Of a stretch of 63,816 bases of DNA, positions 1 to 14,400 are shown one piece after another. The DNA is from Geosiphon pyriformis uo1. Its lineage: Eukaryota > Fungi > Glomeromycota. A program made the translations under genes and the position numbers. The DNA is taken from contig JAAOMT010000697.1 in the NCBI GenBank assembly GCA_016748015.1, positions 1,135,336 to 1,199,151 on the forward strand. Direction: 5' to 3'. Position 1 is the first letter of the stretch, and every line of letters begins with the position of its first letter. The notes beneath the pieces are model-generated. The model saw only the letters and a program-made list of their open reading frames with translations. It was not told where the DNA came from and did not search any database.

Positions 1-2078
1 AACCAATTTTAATACTTAAAATATAAAATATGTTGTATAATAATTGTTAATATTATTTTAGATATTAAAATTCAAATTAATTGGCTATAAGTTACACAAT
101 ATTTTTATTTTTTCTTTAAAGTCTTAATATTAACAAAATAAAATTCAAAAATTTTAAAAACAATTACAGACTCAGATAAAATTTTATAAAACTTTTATTT
201 TATTAATTTTTTTATTATTATTGTTTTTTGGTCATTTTTGTTGTTACTTTTGAAATCTAAATTGATAGTATTGATTTTACTTATTAAATTTATTGTTAAG
301 TTTATTGGTATTTTAATTGTTTTAATAACTAAATTATTTGATATTTTTTCTATTTTGTAAAAAAAATTAATATTTTTGAAAATAAAATAAATAAATTGTA
401 TATAAAAATTAATAAGCTAAAAACCAAGTATAATATTAAAAATAATATAAATATGAATATTTTTGGTAATATTGTTAATCAGAAAATATTTATTAATATA
501 ATAATTTTTTGAAAGTTTTAAGTTCTTAATATAAAGTTTAATATAAATAATACTGCCAATTATAAAAGTAAAATAGTCAAAAATAATTGTACTTTGGTTG
601 TTTTATATATAAAATGTTTTTAGATTAGGTTTTTTTTAAAATCAATAGATTTATGTTTGGTTATATATAGAAATACCAAAATTATATTATATTAGATAAT
701 TATTAAATTTTACATATTAAATAAATAATAATAATAAATTAATTTAAGTTTAAGTTAAATATTATTATTTAAATAAAAAACAACATAAATAAAAAAGGTA
801 TTAATTAGTCAATTAGATATTTATATTATAAATAATATAATAAAAAAATTAAAAAATACAAGAAAAATATTAAAAATACCAAAAATAAATAAAAAATAAA
901 AATAGTAAGATATTCTATATTTTAAAAATAGATAAATAGATAAATAGTAATAAAACATTGAAAAAAACGTTTAATAATTAAATAATTAAAGACTTAAAAA
1001 CTTTTTTTATTTTTAAGTCAATACATATTTATTCTAAATAAATTAATTATCTAAGTTTATAAATTCAAGTCATTTTTGTTGAAATTTGACATTTTAAAAT
1101 ATTGTTAATTAATAACAAATACCAAAATATAACAATAATTTATTATTTTGAATTGATAATTTTTAATTATGGCTATGTTATTTTTTTTGTTTTGTTGTTA
1201 AATTAACTTATTAAAATAAATAGTGTTAAAATTATAATAGTAAAAATAATTTGATAAAAGATACATATTAAAAGCATAAAATTAATATATTAAAATTCAA
1301 TAACTACCAAAATAAATCTGTTAGAAGAAGCAAAAAAATAATTATTAAAAGCAATATTATAATTTAATCTGTTTTTATACAAAAAACTACCAGAAAATCT
1401 TCAGATTTGCAAAATCTTTAAATATATTGTTCTATGTAATAATACCAAATTATAAAAGTTTACTTAAAAAATTAAGTTGTTATAATTTATTAATTGGTAA
1501 ATTTTGTGAATTAAGTTTGTTTGATATTTTAGTTATTTAGGTTTTTGTTTTTATTAGAATTAAGTTTAAAAGTGAAACTCAAAAAACATTTATATAATAA
1601 ATTATACATTTCAAATATAAGATTGTTGATAGTTTTAAAAATATTATATTTGTGGTGTTTAACTGATATGATAAGTTAATTTTCAATTAATTGACGATTA
1701 ATCTATAACTGCTCAGAAAAAAAATTCCATAGATGTTTTTTTAGCACAAATTTTTTACAAACTATTATATACAAATTCACATTTAATAAATACATAAAAA
1801 GAGTCTTTAAGATAGCAGAAGTAAAAAAAGTGCAAGTATTTACTAATAAAATTTACTATTTAGAAGTTTTTGCCAAAATTTTCTAATAATTTTGCAAAAT
1901 TTTTTTATTAACAAAAAAATCTAAATTTGTATTACAAAATATTTATATTTAAAAAAAATATATATTAGTAATTTTTTAATTAAAATAATTAAAAAACCAA
2001 AAAATTTAACACAGAAATTTTTTGGCTTTCACCAATTATTAAATATACCAAAGGTCGTAAAAAGTCTTTTAGGAAAAA

Positions 2079-2490
2079 TTAAAAACGTAATTGACAGGAA
2101 CGATGCCGATGCCGATCCCGACTGTTTGCAATTAACTCTTTGAAGTTTGGTGTAGCCAAGGTACTGCGCTTGTTTAATTTCATTTCAACAGCGTTGGACT
2201 TGAGGCAATTCTTCCAGTATGCATCGGATATGATGAGAAGTGTGTCAAGACTAGTAAGAAAAGCAGGAAGCTGTTGAAGTGACATTGGAACATTGAGACC
2301 ACCAATCTCCGTCATAACGTATAAACCGTCATATAAGAGAGTAGTAAAATAAAATGAAATATGTGGTCCTATTAAGAGTTTTTGTTTAGTATTTAATTAA
2401 AAAAAGAAAAAAAAATATTATTTTGAATCTTACCAACAACTTGAAACCCTAGTATGCATTGCATATTCTAAGCATCAATCCAGTTTTTAA
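2079..2490 (-). pseudogene. 3' fragment of a spliced fungal hypothetical gene (...KNWIDA*NMQCILGFQVVG/PHISFYFTTLLYDGLYVMTEIG...)
   Basis: The last exon (2368-2079) is open and retains CpGs. A GT-AG intron (2433-2369) joins it in frame to an upstream exon containing a TAG. The 'GFQVVG..FY..TLLYDGLYVM.EIG...P.SL..L' pattern resembles a Mucoromycota hypothetical family (recalled, not searched). Confidence 0.55.
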
Positions 2491-3809
2491 TATAATTTAA
2501 ATATTTGATCAGACAAAATATTGCTTTAGAAAATCCTTTATCTTAGGATCTTTGAAATCTTCTAGGCTTAAAAATTTAAAATTGTTTTGAATACTCATAG
2601 TAAGATTCATAAAAGTGAATAATTTAAGTTTACAACTATTTTTACTGAATGCATAATTACTTATTTGTTTAAACAAAAAACTTCATGCTATATATAACTT
2701 TCTAACTTTCAAAAATTTTTAACGTAATTAACTTATTCTAATGTTAAAATCTTTTCAATATGGAAATTTTATTTTTTTCATTGGGTCAAATAAAAAATTT
2801 CAGATTAAAAGATTATAAGACATGATACACTTCTTATAAGTTATCAAAAGTATTTTCTGTGATCTCATTCTGTTTGCTCATATATTTTCGTCATTTTGTG
2901 TTTTCAAATACCAAGTATAGATATCTAAGAAAAAACAATTTTAGCTGGCCAAAAAATCATTTTTTATTAAAAGACTCTTACAATTTAGCTCAAAATTATT
3001 TCAAAAATGAAATCTAATTAATTGACCAGATTTTGGCTTCAAAAAGTAGTTGCAGGCAAAATTGGTTTCCAGAAGTAAATTTGTCAAAGAAATTTTATTT
3101 AAAACCAAATTTTTTCACATTACAATAAGTGCATTTTCTGCATAAGGAGCATCTTATCAACAAATATTTGAAACCAATTAATTATGTGTTTTATGTGGTT
3201 CTGGAAACGCTAAAGTTTAGGGTTAATAAATATTTTTTGATATGAGTTTCCAGAAAGGAATAAAAATTCAAGAGAATTTAATAATTCTAAAATGTTTAAA
3301 CAGTAATTTTGAATACAGTAATTACCTTTAGTGGTTTTGACTATAAATCTGATTGCGTAGATGATTAATTTAAAAAAAATTATTGGGATGTTGTCTCTTA
3401 GCCGTATCTTGAATGGAAATTTGTTTCTAAACTATTTTATTGCTGTTTGAAAAATTCACAGCCTTATTTTGGAAAAATTTACATCGTTTAATTAACTAAA
3501 AAAGCCAAGAAAAACCTTATAAATATGTATTAGTTTGCTTTTTTTATTTGAAAAATGCATTATTGTAAACATTGTATAATTTTCCTAAATTTTTAGTTTT
3601 TCCAAATTTTTTAAAAATAATATATGTTTATACTGTGATTAATAATAATAAAATCATTATTAAACGTTATAAATTTAAGCCATTGATAATTTTTTAAAGT
3701 GTCATAATAAGATTTTTTCATAAACAAAACGCGAGATTCCTCAAGTTTAAAATTTTAACATTTGTATTTTTTGCTAATAAAACGTGCAATTATAAAAATT
3801 CACAATCAC

Positions 3810-3810
<1 letters not shown>

Positions 3811-3850
<40 letters not shown>

Positions 3851-3858
3851 CATCATCA
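3811..3858. repeat. (ATT)n/(ATC)n microsatellite
   Basis: Directly visible trinucleotide run; explains the poly-Ile in ORF 3762-4052. Confidence 0.95.
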
Positions 3859-4681
3859 GAGATTTTGATTCAAGTCATGGTTCAATATGGCATTTAATTC
3901 ATAAAACTCCTTTTATCAACTTACCAAGTATGAATTGTATCCTAGCCAGTTTATTTATTGATCTTGAAAGAGAACAGATATGCAAAAGAACGTTAGACTG
4001 TTTGTTTTTTTGTTTGACTTTGATTGTTTACTGGACACCTAATCTTTTTTAATATATGTTAGATCATATTTCCAAATCAGGCTAACCAAAGTTTAAAGAA
4101 GGGTAAGTGATATCATTAGCTTACAAACAAACGAAAAATTGAAAACTGAAATAGAACTAAGGTCTTTTTTATATTTTCATTTAGGCAGTCTCAAATAATA
4201 AAATCAACAACTTTTCTGATCTTTGGGTTGGATCGTATTTGAACATTACAATTAGAGAAAGATTAAAAGCATAATTTATATGATGCTAATAGAATCAAGT
4301 TAATTAATAAGTCGAAAAATCTTTAAATAGTAGATTTCGTCATAAAATATTTCTTTTATTTTTCCTATCCCTCCCGAATGAAAAATATTTAATTGAGATC
4401 TTCAAAAAGGTAAGAGGCTTAATATTCTTAATCCCGTCTCGTTAAAATTAATAATCATGCATCGATAAATTTTAATTTAAAAGTGAAATCATAAATTTAT
4501 TAAATTCTTTTCAAGCTATAATCAAACTAGAAAATTTTTTCTATGAAACAAGGTCGAAGGCTCACCAAAAAGAAAGCACCTTTGAAATCAATCAATTAAA
4601 TCAACAAATATTCCTTTAAAAACATTAAATTTTTCACTAAATAACTTTTTTGCTTTTCCTACCAATTTTAATTTTTCCAAA

Positions 4682-4876
4682 ATGTTGAACCTACGATTTG
4701 CCCTTGCATTTCTTATTTTTTTGGTGGCAACAATTCTTCCCGCACATATCTACGTCTCGGCTCTACCGGTTCTAATTACCTCGAATATTACTGAAAGTCA
4801 ACTCATTATACCTAGGCCTGTACAAACGAATATAACTGTTGAACTTGGATTGCGGTTATTCCCATTATTTTTATAA
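4682..4876 (+). CDS. Putative small secreted protein (64 aa)
   Basis: Good start context (ccaaaATG). Basic-hydrophobic signal-peptide-like N-terminus ending VSA-LP. Two N-I-T sequons. CpGs retained, unlike the surrounding repeats. Confidence 0.5.
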   Translation: MLNLRFALAFLIFLVATILPAHIYVSALPVLITSNITESQLIIPRPVQTNITVELGLRLFPLFL

Positions 4877-7800
4877 AACAACTTATTTATGCATTTTTGG
4901 GTAATTTCATTTCATCTTTAAATTAGTGTATAGTTTTTAAATATCGGAAAATTATTTAGTTGCTCAAAACACTCGTTAGTTATAGTTATAAAGTCCGTAG
5001 AAAAGCTTTAACAGTTAAATCTCTTAAAACAACAACAGGAGGCACAAATTTATAATATAAAATTTACTATTATTATTAAAATTGATAATTTAGTTGTTTT
5101 AGAGGTATTTAGGAAGCAGAAAAAATTCGAATGTTTTTACTCAAGAAATTTCATTCTTAGAGAGCTTTGATTGAATATGTAATTATTAATCTAATTAAAA
5201 TTTGAGCAGCTTGTAATTGAATACTATTATAATACAAAACTATTGAGTTTACAATAATAAACCCTGAAAGAAATTAAGTATTTTAGTTTAAAAATGCTAT
5301 GCTATAAAATAGAACTATATATTTTTAATTCAGTACAGAAAAATTGTGTTTTATTATCTGACCTTTTTTTTGAATTCGGTTTGTTATATAATATTTTTTT
5401 AGAAAATAAGCTAATGACTAACATTAAAAAAAAACTATTATAAACTTGTGCTGTAATGGACTTTCCATATGGTTGGTTAATTTTGGTACAAATGCTTTCA
5501 AGAATTTATTTTTTGACTGGCAACATCCTAATTTCATAAATTATTTTCAATAAATAATTTTAAAGTAAACTAAGTTGAATCAATATTGAACTGAAATAAT
5601 CAGATTGAAGCAAAAGAATATTAAAAATTTATTCTATTTTGCAGTAGAAATATTTGTCAATACTTCAAAGCTAAAGCCTGAACAAAATCAAATAACTGAT
5701 AGCGGTTGATAACTTTTAGTACCTTTTCTTTTAATGAGAAAAAAGAACACAAATTTTTTTTGAAAGAAAGATATATATAATAATAGCATAAAGAGATAAA
5801 TATTTTAACTCTATTATTGATTCGTTTAAATATTTAAATATTTAATTGTTTTATTCAGATACACATATATTTGATTTTTTACATCTATTATAAATTTTTT
5901 ACTATATAGAAGCCTAACAGATTATTGTGACCATTTTTTTAAATAAATAACGGAAAATACAATAAAAAACAATATTTATTTTTCTAAGCTAAAAATTTAT
6001 TAAAGCATTATATATATTATTTTAAAGCTTGTAAAAAAATGTAGAATTTAAAATTTAACATTAAACCAAAACTTATTACAGATTAAATAATCTTGGTTTC
6101 CACACAATAAAGTCATACATCTCAAGAAAACAAAGTTTAAATGTTGGATTGATTTATTCAAAGCCAATCAAAAATACACTTGGAAGCAAACCAAATCCAA
6201 GTAATTTTATTGATGTTAAATGTCTTTGTTCAAGAAGTCTAATGACCTTATCATCTGAATTCGATTAATTGTTAGATAGTATGTCAAATTGCATCGATGC
6301 TTGTATTCATTTTTTATTTGTAGCATTTATTACTTTTTATGTATAGTTTTGCTTTATTTGTATATTAAATGTTTTAATACTGTTTCATATTTTAAAAACA
6401 ATATAAATATGTTAATTCAAAATATGTAATAGGAACATTTAATCAAGACTGTAATTTTAATTGTTGGGACAGAAAAATTTATAAATTTCACAATAATAAA
6501 TTGTATATTTTGTCAAAATTTTATATTATTTCAATAATTCGAAATGTAAAAAAATTTTGAACATGTTCTAATTTATTTAATACAAATAAATTATCATTTT
6601 CTAATATCAAATAAGATAGCAAATAAAAATATTAAATAGAAATTAGCCAGCTTATTTTGTTTTTTAAATTTATTATTTTATTAAAATTTTGTTAATTTAT
6701 ACAAAGTATTTAAAAATTAAAATATAATATAAAATTTTAGTTATTATTACAGATAATATATATAAAGTAAATACTTAATAAATTATGTAGATTAAATATA
6801 TTAATAAAGTAAATATATTTAAACAAAGTTATATTTAAGATATTTAATTTATAATATTTTAATTATTAATAAAATATTATCTAATTAATATAAATATTAT
6901 ATAAGAAAATATAATCTTTTTATTTTTGCAATTTTAATAAAGCATAATAAATTTATATTGTTCTTAGTCAAATTAAATATTTGGTCATCTTTTATATAAT
7001 ATTGTTCAGTATATCAAAATTTTAATAAATAAGTTTGTAAATATTTTGTTCTATTCTATCTGTTATTTATGTTTTTATTTTATAATAATATTAAGCAAAA
7101 TTATTTTCAATTATTTAATTCTTATTTTTTTGCTTTTTATATTAGATAATATATATATTATATTGTAATTACAAGAGTAATTAATTTATTTATGTGTTAA
7201 AAAGACTAAAAAAAATTGGTATTATTTATTTCTTAACTAAAATATTTTTTATTAAATAATATTAAAAAGTTATATAAATTTATAATACAATAATATTATA
7301 ATATAATAACTTTAGTATTTGTTTTATAAAACATTTAAACTTAAAAAATCCAAAAAAAGCTTTAATTTTTTAATAAATTTTATATTTAACAAAAAGTATT
7401 ATATATTAATTATAATGTTTTGTTTTTGTATTTTTTATTAACTAAATATTTTGAATAAAAAATAATTTTACAATTTACTTTTTATATATATGTAATTAAA
7501 AATAAATAAATAAATAAATAAAAAAGTAAATATTTTTTGTGAAAATTTCGACTTTTAGGAAATAAAAATTATTATTTATACATATTTTAAAATAATAGCT
7601 AATAATTTTAAAACGAAAAAGCTTAAAAGTTATTCTGTTATTGGCATTAGTATTAATAATAATTGCGTTTTTAAAAGTTTGTATTTTTTTATAATAATAG
7701 ATATAAAATAATATAAAATAAAAAAAATATTTGAATTTTATTTTAAAACAGCAAAGATAAAAAGTTTACTTGAATAATTTAGACTTGATATATATTATTA

Positions 7801-8049
7801 AAATAGATTAAAAATAATAACAAAGCCTAAAAAGTAAGAAATACAAGTACATATAACAATTTTAAAAATTTATAAAAAATCAAAAAAATTTAAACTTTAT
7901 TTAAAAGTAGTAAATACAAAAAATACAATTACATAATACAACTTTGAATAATATATTGGATTCTAAATTTGTAAAATTTTTAAAATTATAAAAAAACCAA
8001 ATAATTTAATAGCTTTTAATAAAAAAATATGTTAAAAATATATTTATTT

Positions 8050-10320
8050 AACAATATTAGCATATTTAAAATTGTATTTTAACCTATTTTTGTTTATTTG
8101 GTTCTATAAAAAAACCAATTAAATATTCAAAAAACCATTAAAATTTATTAATATAGAATAATTTTGTAATTAGTTTGCTTATATTTAAAATTTTATAAAC
8201 AATTATAATATTAATAAACAAAACAAAAACAAAAATATAATTAATTGTTTTTTTAATTCTTTTTAAATTGTTTTATATAATTGTTTTAGCAATATAAAAA
8301 CTTAACAAGAATTAACCAAACCAAAATCTAAACATTTCTTAAAATTAATATTTTCTTAAAATTATTTTTATTGTAATTATTATTTAAGTTAATAAATAAG
8401 TCTTTATTTACAGCTTTAATTATAAAAAAATTGATTAATATGTATAATTAGTAAAATATTAATATATAAATCTAAAATCAAAACCAAAAGTTTATTTTTA
8501 AATATTAGTTTAACTAATAAAAAACAGTTAATTATTTTAATAATTTTGTAAATATGATAAATTAAATTATTGTTTATAATATTTATAATACCAAATTTCA
8601 AATAATTAAAATTTAAATCAAATATAAAAACTTGTATATTATTAAACTTATTTTTTATCTTAATAAATTTGTTTATATTTTTAATATTATAACAAAATTT
8701 CAAATTAAACTAATTATAAGAAAGAAATAAAATATAGTATAAAGTTTTAACAAAATTATGTTTTAAAGTCTAAACATTTAAAACTACTTAACTGCTTAAT
8801 TACAAATATAAAATACCAAAATTTGCAGATATTATATTAAAAATAATTGTTAATAGCAAAAAAAAAACAAAATATTTAATTTTTTTAGAATTAAGTTTAA
8901 AACTTTTATTTATTTATTTCACATAAAGTCAATAAAAAAACTTTAATAAAAAAAACATTCAATTTTAACAAAACTTTTTTAGAATTATTACTTAGTACTT
9001 GGTTAAAAAAAACTATAATTTATTATTAAAAATTACTAAATATAAATAAAAATCTTTTTTTTAGCATTCAAATAAGTAAAATAAGAACAATTATCATTAA
9101 AAAGCATGTGTTTATAAATTTTTTGCATAGAAAGACAAAAATTTTAGAAAATTACATTCCAAAATAAAGTTTTTAAAATGCTTATATTTTTTATAACAAA
9201 TCAAATTAAGTTTGAATTCAAAAGAAATTAACTTTATGAAAAACAAAAATAGTATAAAATGTTTAATCTAAAACTTACTTAAATTAAAACATATAGTTAT
9301 ATAATAAACTTTAGTACTAATCTTAAATAAACAATTTATAATACAAGTTTTTTTTTGATTTTTTTAAAAAATACTAAAATAATAAATAGTTGTATTTATA
9401 AACAAAATAAACAACAATATTCTGAATTAGTTTTTTAATAATTATGTTATTTGATTTTTTTTGAGCTTAATTATATGTACAAAATTTTTTTTAATTAAAA
9501 TAAACTACTTAAATATCAATAAATTAGTTTAATTTAATTTAGCAAATTTTACTATAGTTTTTTGTTACAGTTCAATAATCTGTAATTAAATTAATATTAT
9601 TTAATTAAATTTAAACAAAGCTAAAATAATCATTTTTTTCAACATATTTATAGAAATTTTTATTATTATTACAGTTTAATCTGAATAGTTTTCTTGTTTT
9701 TGAAATTTTTATTGGCTAAAATTTTTATTTTAATTGTTAAAGCCACAGTTTTGTTTACGTTTTTTTTAAAATAAAAATAGATTTGATAATTTTCTTGAAT
9801 TTTAAAAGAATAATTTTTTTTTCAAATTTAAATTTTGTTTAAATTAATAATACAGTAAAAAAAGATATATTATCTTTTTATCTATTTTAAAATTCAGAAA
9901 TTTAAGAAAAAAGTTATTTATTTTGTTAGTATTAATTTATTTTGCTTTAAGAATATTTGTTTTAGAATTTAAAATGTATTTTTATTATTATTAGCTTATA
10001 AAAAATTGCTTATTTCTTTTTTTGTATCAGTTTTTATGTTAGAAAAATGCTTAAAACTATTTAAAAGCCTGGTTAGATTCATATTAGATTTATTATTTGA
10101 GTGTTTAATATTTTCAATAAAAGTATTACTTGTAAAATTATAAGAAAACTCTTTTGTTGAATTTTTTTAAACATATTACTGCTAGTAATAGTTGTTAATT
10201 TTAGAACAAAAAAGTTTGATTTTTGTGAAATAGTAAAAAATATAATAGAAAAAAAACTTATTTTCTAAATTTAGATTCTTTAAAAAACTTGAAAAGTACA
10301 AAAAAAAAAAGTTTTTTAAA
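8050..10320 (-). mobile_element. Heavily decayed LINE (ORF1 + AP-endonuclease region)
   Basis: ORF 8416-8703 (NKFNNIQVFIFDLNFNYLKFG...VKLIFKNKLLVLILDLY) aligns by eye with the endonuclease-like segment at 22029-22277. Region 10080-10200 resembles the ORF1 start at 60852 (..ENIKHSNNKS.. vs ..SNIKHSDDEK..). Confidence 0.65.
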
Positions 10321-10379
10321 TATTTATATTATTATAATTATGAAAATTCAAATTATTTGATTTTAAATTATATAAATTT

Positions 10380-11456
10380 TATTTAAAACTGTTTATTTTG
10401 TTTAAAATTTTTATTATTATTCAGTTTTTTGTTTAATTTAAAATAATTTTTTTGAAATTTTAATTACAATAATATATGTCTTTTAAATAATAATAATAAA
10501 AAAATTTATTTAATAAAAAAAATGACTAATTAATTTTGTAAAATATAAAGTATTAATATGAAAGTATTAATAAAATTATTAAAACTTTAATATATAAATA
10601 TGTTTAAAATAAAAGATGTTAATTAAAGACATAAACAAATAAAATTTTTAATTTTTATTACTTAATATAAGTTTAAATAACTGGTTATATATAAAAAATA
10701 TCCAATTAAAATTTTTATAACATATTTTCAGTTTTAATTATATTACATTTAATTAATAAAAATAAAATAAAATTATTAAATCTATTTTATTTTATATACA
10801 AAATAATAATAAAAATATATTTTGATTTTTTTCAATTTTAATTATATTAACTTTAATTTTTAAAACTTACAATTTTTTTAATAAAACAAATTTTATTTAA
10901 TATTAAAAATATATAAAACAATAATAATGTTAATTTAATAAAACAATAAACATATTAATGAATATTATACAATATAATAATTATTAAATAACAATTATAT
11001 GATATAAGCATACTACAGAAGTTAAAAACTCTGATTATTGTGATAATTTTAATAATAGCAGGTTTGTTACCTAAATAATAAATTTATACTGATCTGAAAT
11101 ATCATTGACACCAAACATATATTAAGCTATATCTTTCTAAACCATAACAAATACACTAAATACTATGGCAAACATTAAAGATATTAAACATCAATTAGAA
11201 ATGGCTACAACCCAGTATAAAAAATACATGAAGAAGCTAAAAAAATTTAAGAAGAGTAAGAAAGGAAATAAGTTAAGTGAATTAAAGAACAAAATAAAAG
11301 GAAAAAAATAGACTAACACTGAAGAAAAAGAGACATAGAAACTCGAAAAAAAAGAGCTGGAAGAAAAATTGAAGGAACTAAAAGTAGACAAGAATAAGTA
11401 GATAGAAGAAATGCAAAAATAGACAGAAAAATTATATGTAGCAACAGATTATTTAG
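10380..11456 (+). repeat. Upstream region + coiled-coil header exon, copy 1 (homologous to 35020-36266)
   Basis: Co-linear shared blocks, e.g. gcatact(a/g)cagaagttaaaaactctgattattg and caaacatatattaagc(t/c)at(a/g)tctt. Similarity ends at the exon-1 donor (ACAGAT...AG|GT at 11456/57). Confidence 0.85.
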
Positions 11457-14400
11457 GTAACAACTTTGTGACTTGTGACTTAGATTTTGGGAACAGTGTT
11501 TATGACTTTGGGTAATGACTCTGATTTATAGTGTTGCACTTGCAAATTCAATGTTCTTGAATGTTGTTTTACTTGCAAAACTTGAATGTTCTTTAAAAAA
11601 ACTATGCAACAGTATTGTACTTTTTAACACAGATTTATATATTAATGTTAATAGCTCTCCAGTTTTTAACAATTTCAACAATAGAGACTGACAAGACTAA
11701 GTTTCTATATGAAAATCTTATTAAGCCATTTAATATTCTGCCAACTCATGTTGGTCAGTTGGTAGACCTTATTAATAAGTCTCTTTTTACAAAGCTTTCA
11801 GTGGTTAATTACTTGGACTTGAGAAAAATATGATCTTGATTTTCATATTAGCTGTTCTTAATCTATTTATAATTTACAATATTATCTTATTTTGACAACT
11901 GCTAGTTTGCACAACTTTATGATTATCTCTATTTTGATGAAATAGATAAAGAGAGTAAATTAGCATTTATGATTAAAACTGCCTTCTCTGAGATAAGGTT
12001 TAACAAAATTGAAATCGAAATACAGCTGGCTGGATCCATGGTTATATTAACTACATGTTCTCTAGAATTATTTTGTAATAATGCTGATTTTTGAATCAAA
12101 TTTTTCCATAACAGAACTGAAAAGTATGTTTTTATTTTGTGTGCTGTTTTTAGTATTTATTAGTTTTTGTTTCCATGTTTAACAATAATTTTACACTTTG
12201 TTTTCTAAGAAAATATACAAAGAATGCAAAAAGCACTCCAGCAACAATAAAAAATGCTAAATCTGATCTTCTTGAATATGTTAAAGATGTACTAGTGATA
12301 AAAATAAAAAAAAAAAGCTGCATGAAACAATCTTGAAACTGCCAAAGAAGAACTCATAGCCAATTTTAGCAAGCTCAATCCATTATATTTCAGGAATATT
12401 CAATTTTTAATTTGTTTTGTTGTAGCAAAAAACATTATGTGCTTTTATGTAATTAATAGTTTCAGCAAAACATTGTTCTACTATCTACAGAACTTTACCT
12501 GAAAAATGTCAATGCTAAATTTATAGTTCTCAAAATAATCATCAATACTGTTCACATTTTTAAAATTATGATCATCAAAAATGTCTTTCTTCTTAAAGTA
12601 ATCTCTCTTGATAAGCCACTATAACTTAGAAATTCTACAATTACTTTCTTTAAAGAGTATGTTGAGAAAGTTGTTTTGGCCAGTGAATTCTATGACTTTG
12701 AGGAAAATAACAATCATGTTAATATATTAAAGCTCATGTATGAGCTTGCCAAAGATTATTATAGACTTATTTAGGTTTTAGAAAGATTGATCTTTGAAGC
12801 AGGTTGGCCAGAGAAATATATAATCAAATTGAAAACACATGGCCTTAAATGCCCACCAAAAGATGAGCAAACAACAAGAGTAATGACATGTAGTTTGCTC
12901 ACTGGACTGAAAAGACTTCATCAAAAAGATTATGTTTATTGTAATATTTATTTATTAAATATTATTTATGATTTAAATAATTCTCAAGGCTATGAATATG
13001 TTTTTATTGATTTCAAGCATAGAGGTAAAATAAATGAAAAATTTAACAGCTTATTGACAGATTAGAATGATAGCACATGTGATGAGAATAATATCTACAC
13101 AACTCTTTCAGACATGTATTAATTAGGCAAGTTATTAGAAAAACTTAATATGGTGTTTTCCAATAATAGACAGGATTTTATAAGCAAATTGAAAAAAAAG
13201 ATGCTAGAAGCAAATACAGCATTCCAACATCTATGAATTGCTTTAATTTGAGTTATAAATAATACATTTAGTAACTTAATCTTTATTTGTTAATGTATGT
13301 ATATGTAGTTTAAGAATGCTACAATATTATTAATAAAAATAAAATGTGAGCAAATAAAACTTTTCTGTATTTTTGATTAGTAAGTAATATGTATTGTCTT
13401 ATTATATTATTGAAATTTTTTTTGGAAAAGTAAAAAGACTGGCTAAATTTAAAATAGATACAGTATGAATGTTTAAAGAAATAAATATACTAGTTTTTAG
13501 ACTCTTTACTTGATAAGAATAGCAGTTTCTTTCTATTTATACACAAAATATTCTTTTACAATAGAAACTAGTAACCACTTATTTAAATGAATTGATATCA
13601 ATATTATATGTAATTGAAAATTTGTTTGGCATAAAGTAATAATATTTTACTTTTACATGTGTAATTCTGGAATTTATGTGTTAAAACATTAAGCTCTGCT
13701 TATTCTGAGATATTGACTGTACCAGTATTAATGCAAATACAAATTCATTGGAAAAAAAAATTCCTGAAATACTATTAAATAAGACTTTAAAAAACTCTCT
13801 TCATAATAATTGATTCATATTTTATCTATTATCCTTTGTTTTTTATCCAAATTATAGAAACAAAAAAATTAATAAAAATTGTTTATATGCTTATAATTTA
13901 AACCTGTGTGAATTTGTCTAGAAAAATTCAATAAAAACTTTTCAAGTGGTTGATAAAAAAAATAAATAATAACTATTTAAATATTTTATAAAACTTTAAC
14001 TATATTAATTAGAGCATTTATTATGTTCATTTTTTAATATGATAAAATATACTTTTATTCTTTCATTAACTAATTATAAAAGAATATTTTCTCACATCTA
14101 ACTGAGAAAAAAAGTTTTCATTTATCTTTAATTAGTGTATCTAAGCATATTTAGCACATTAAAAGTTGCAATTTAATACGGAACCAAATTAAGATATAAT
14201 AAAGTCGAGTCATTAAATTATTTGTGAAGATTGATAAACTTATAATGAAATTCATTATAGGAATGCTAAGTGTTTTTATAAACTAATTATGATAAAATAG
14301 CTGCAAAAAAGATAAATACCTCCAGGTTTTTCCTATTAGTATAAAGCTATTAGTGTTAATACAATGATAGCAATTGCACTTAGAGAAAATTTATTTTCTT

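Noticed and set aside
2860-3130. DNA-transposon-end-like sequence
   Set aside because: No partner TIR or TSD found.
3762-4052. 96-aa ORF
   Set aside because: TTG start and poly-Ile from the microsatellite; no coding signal.
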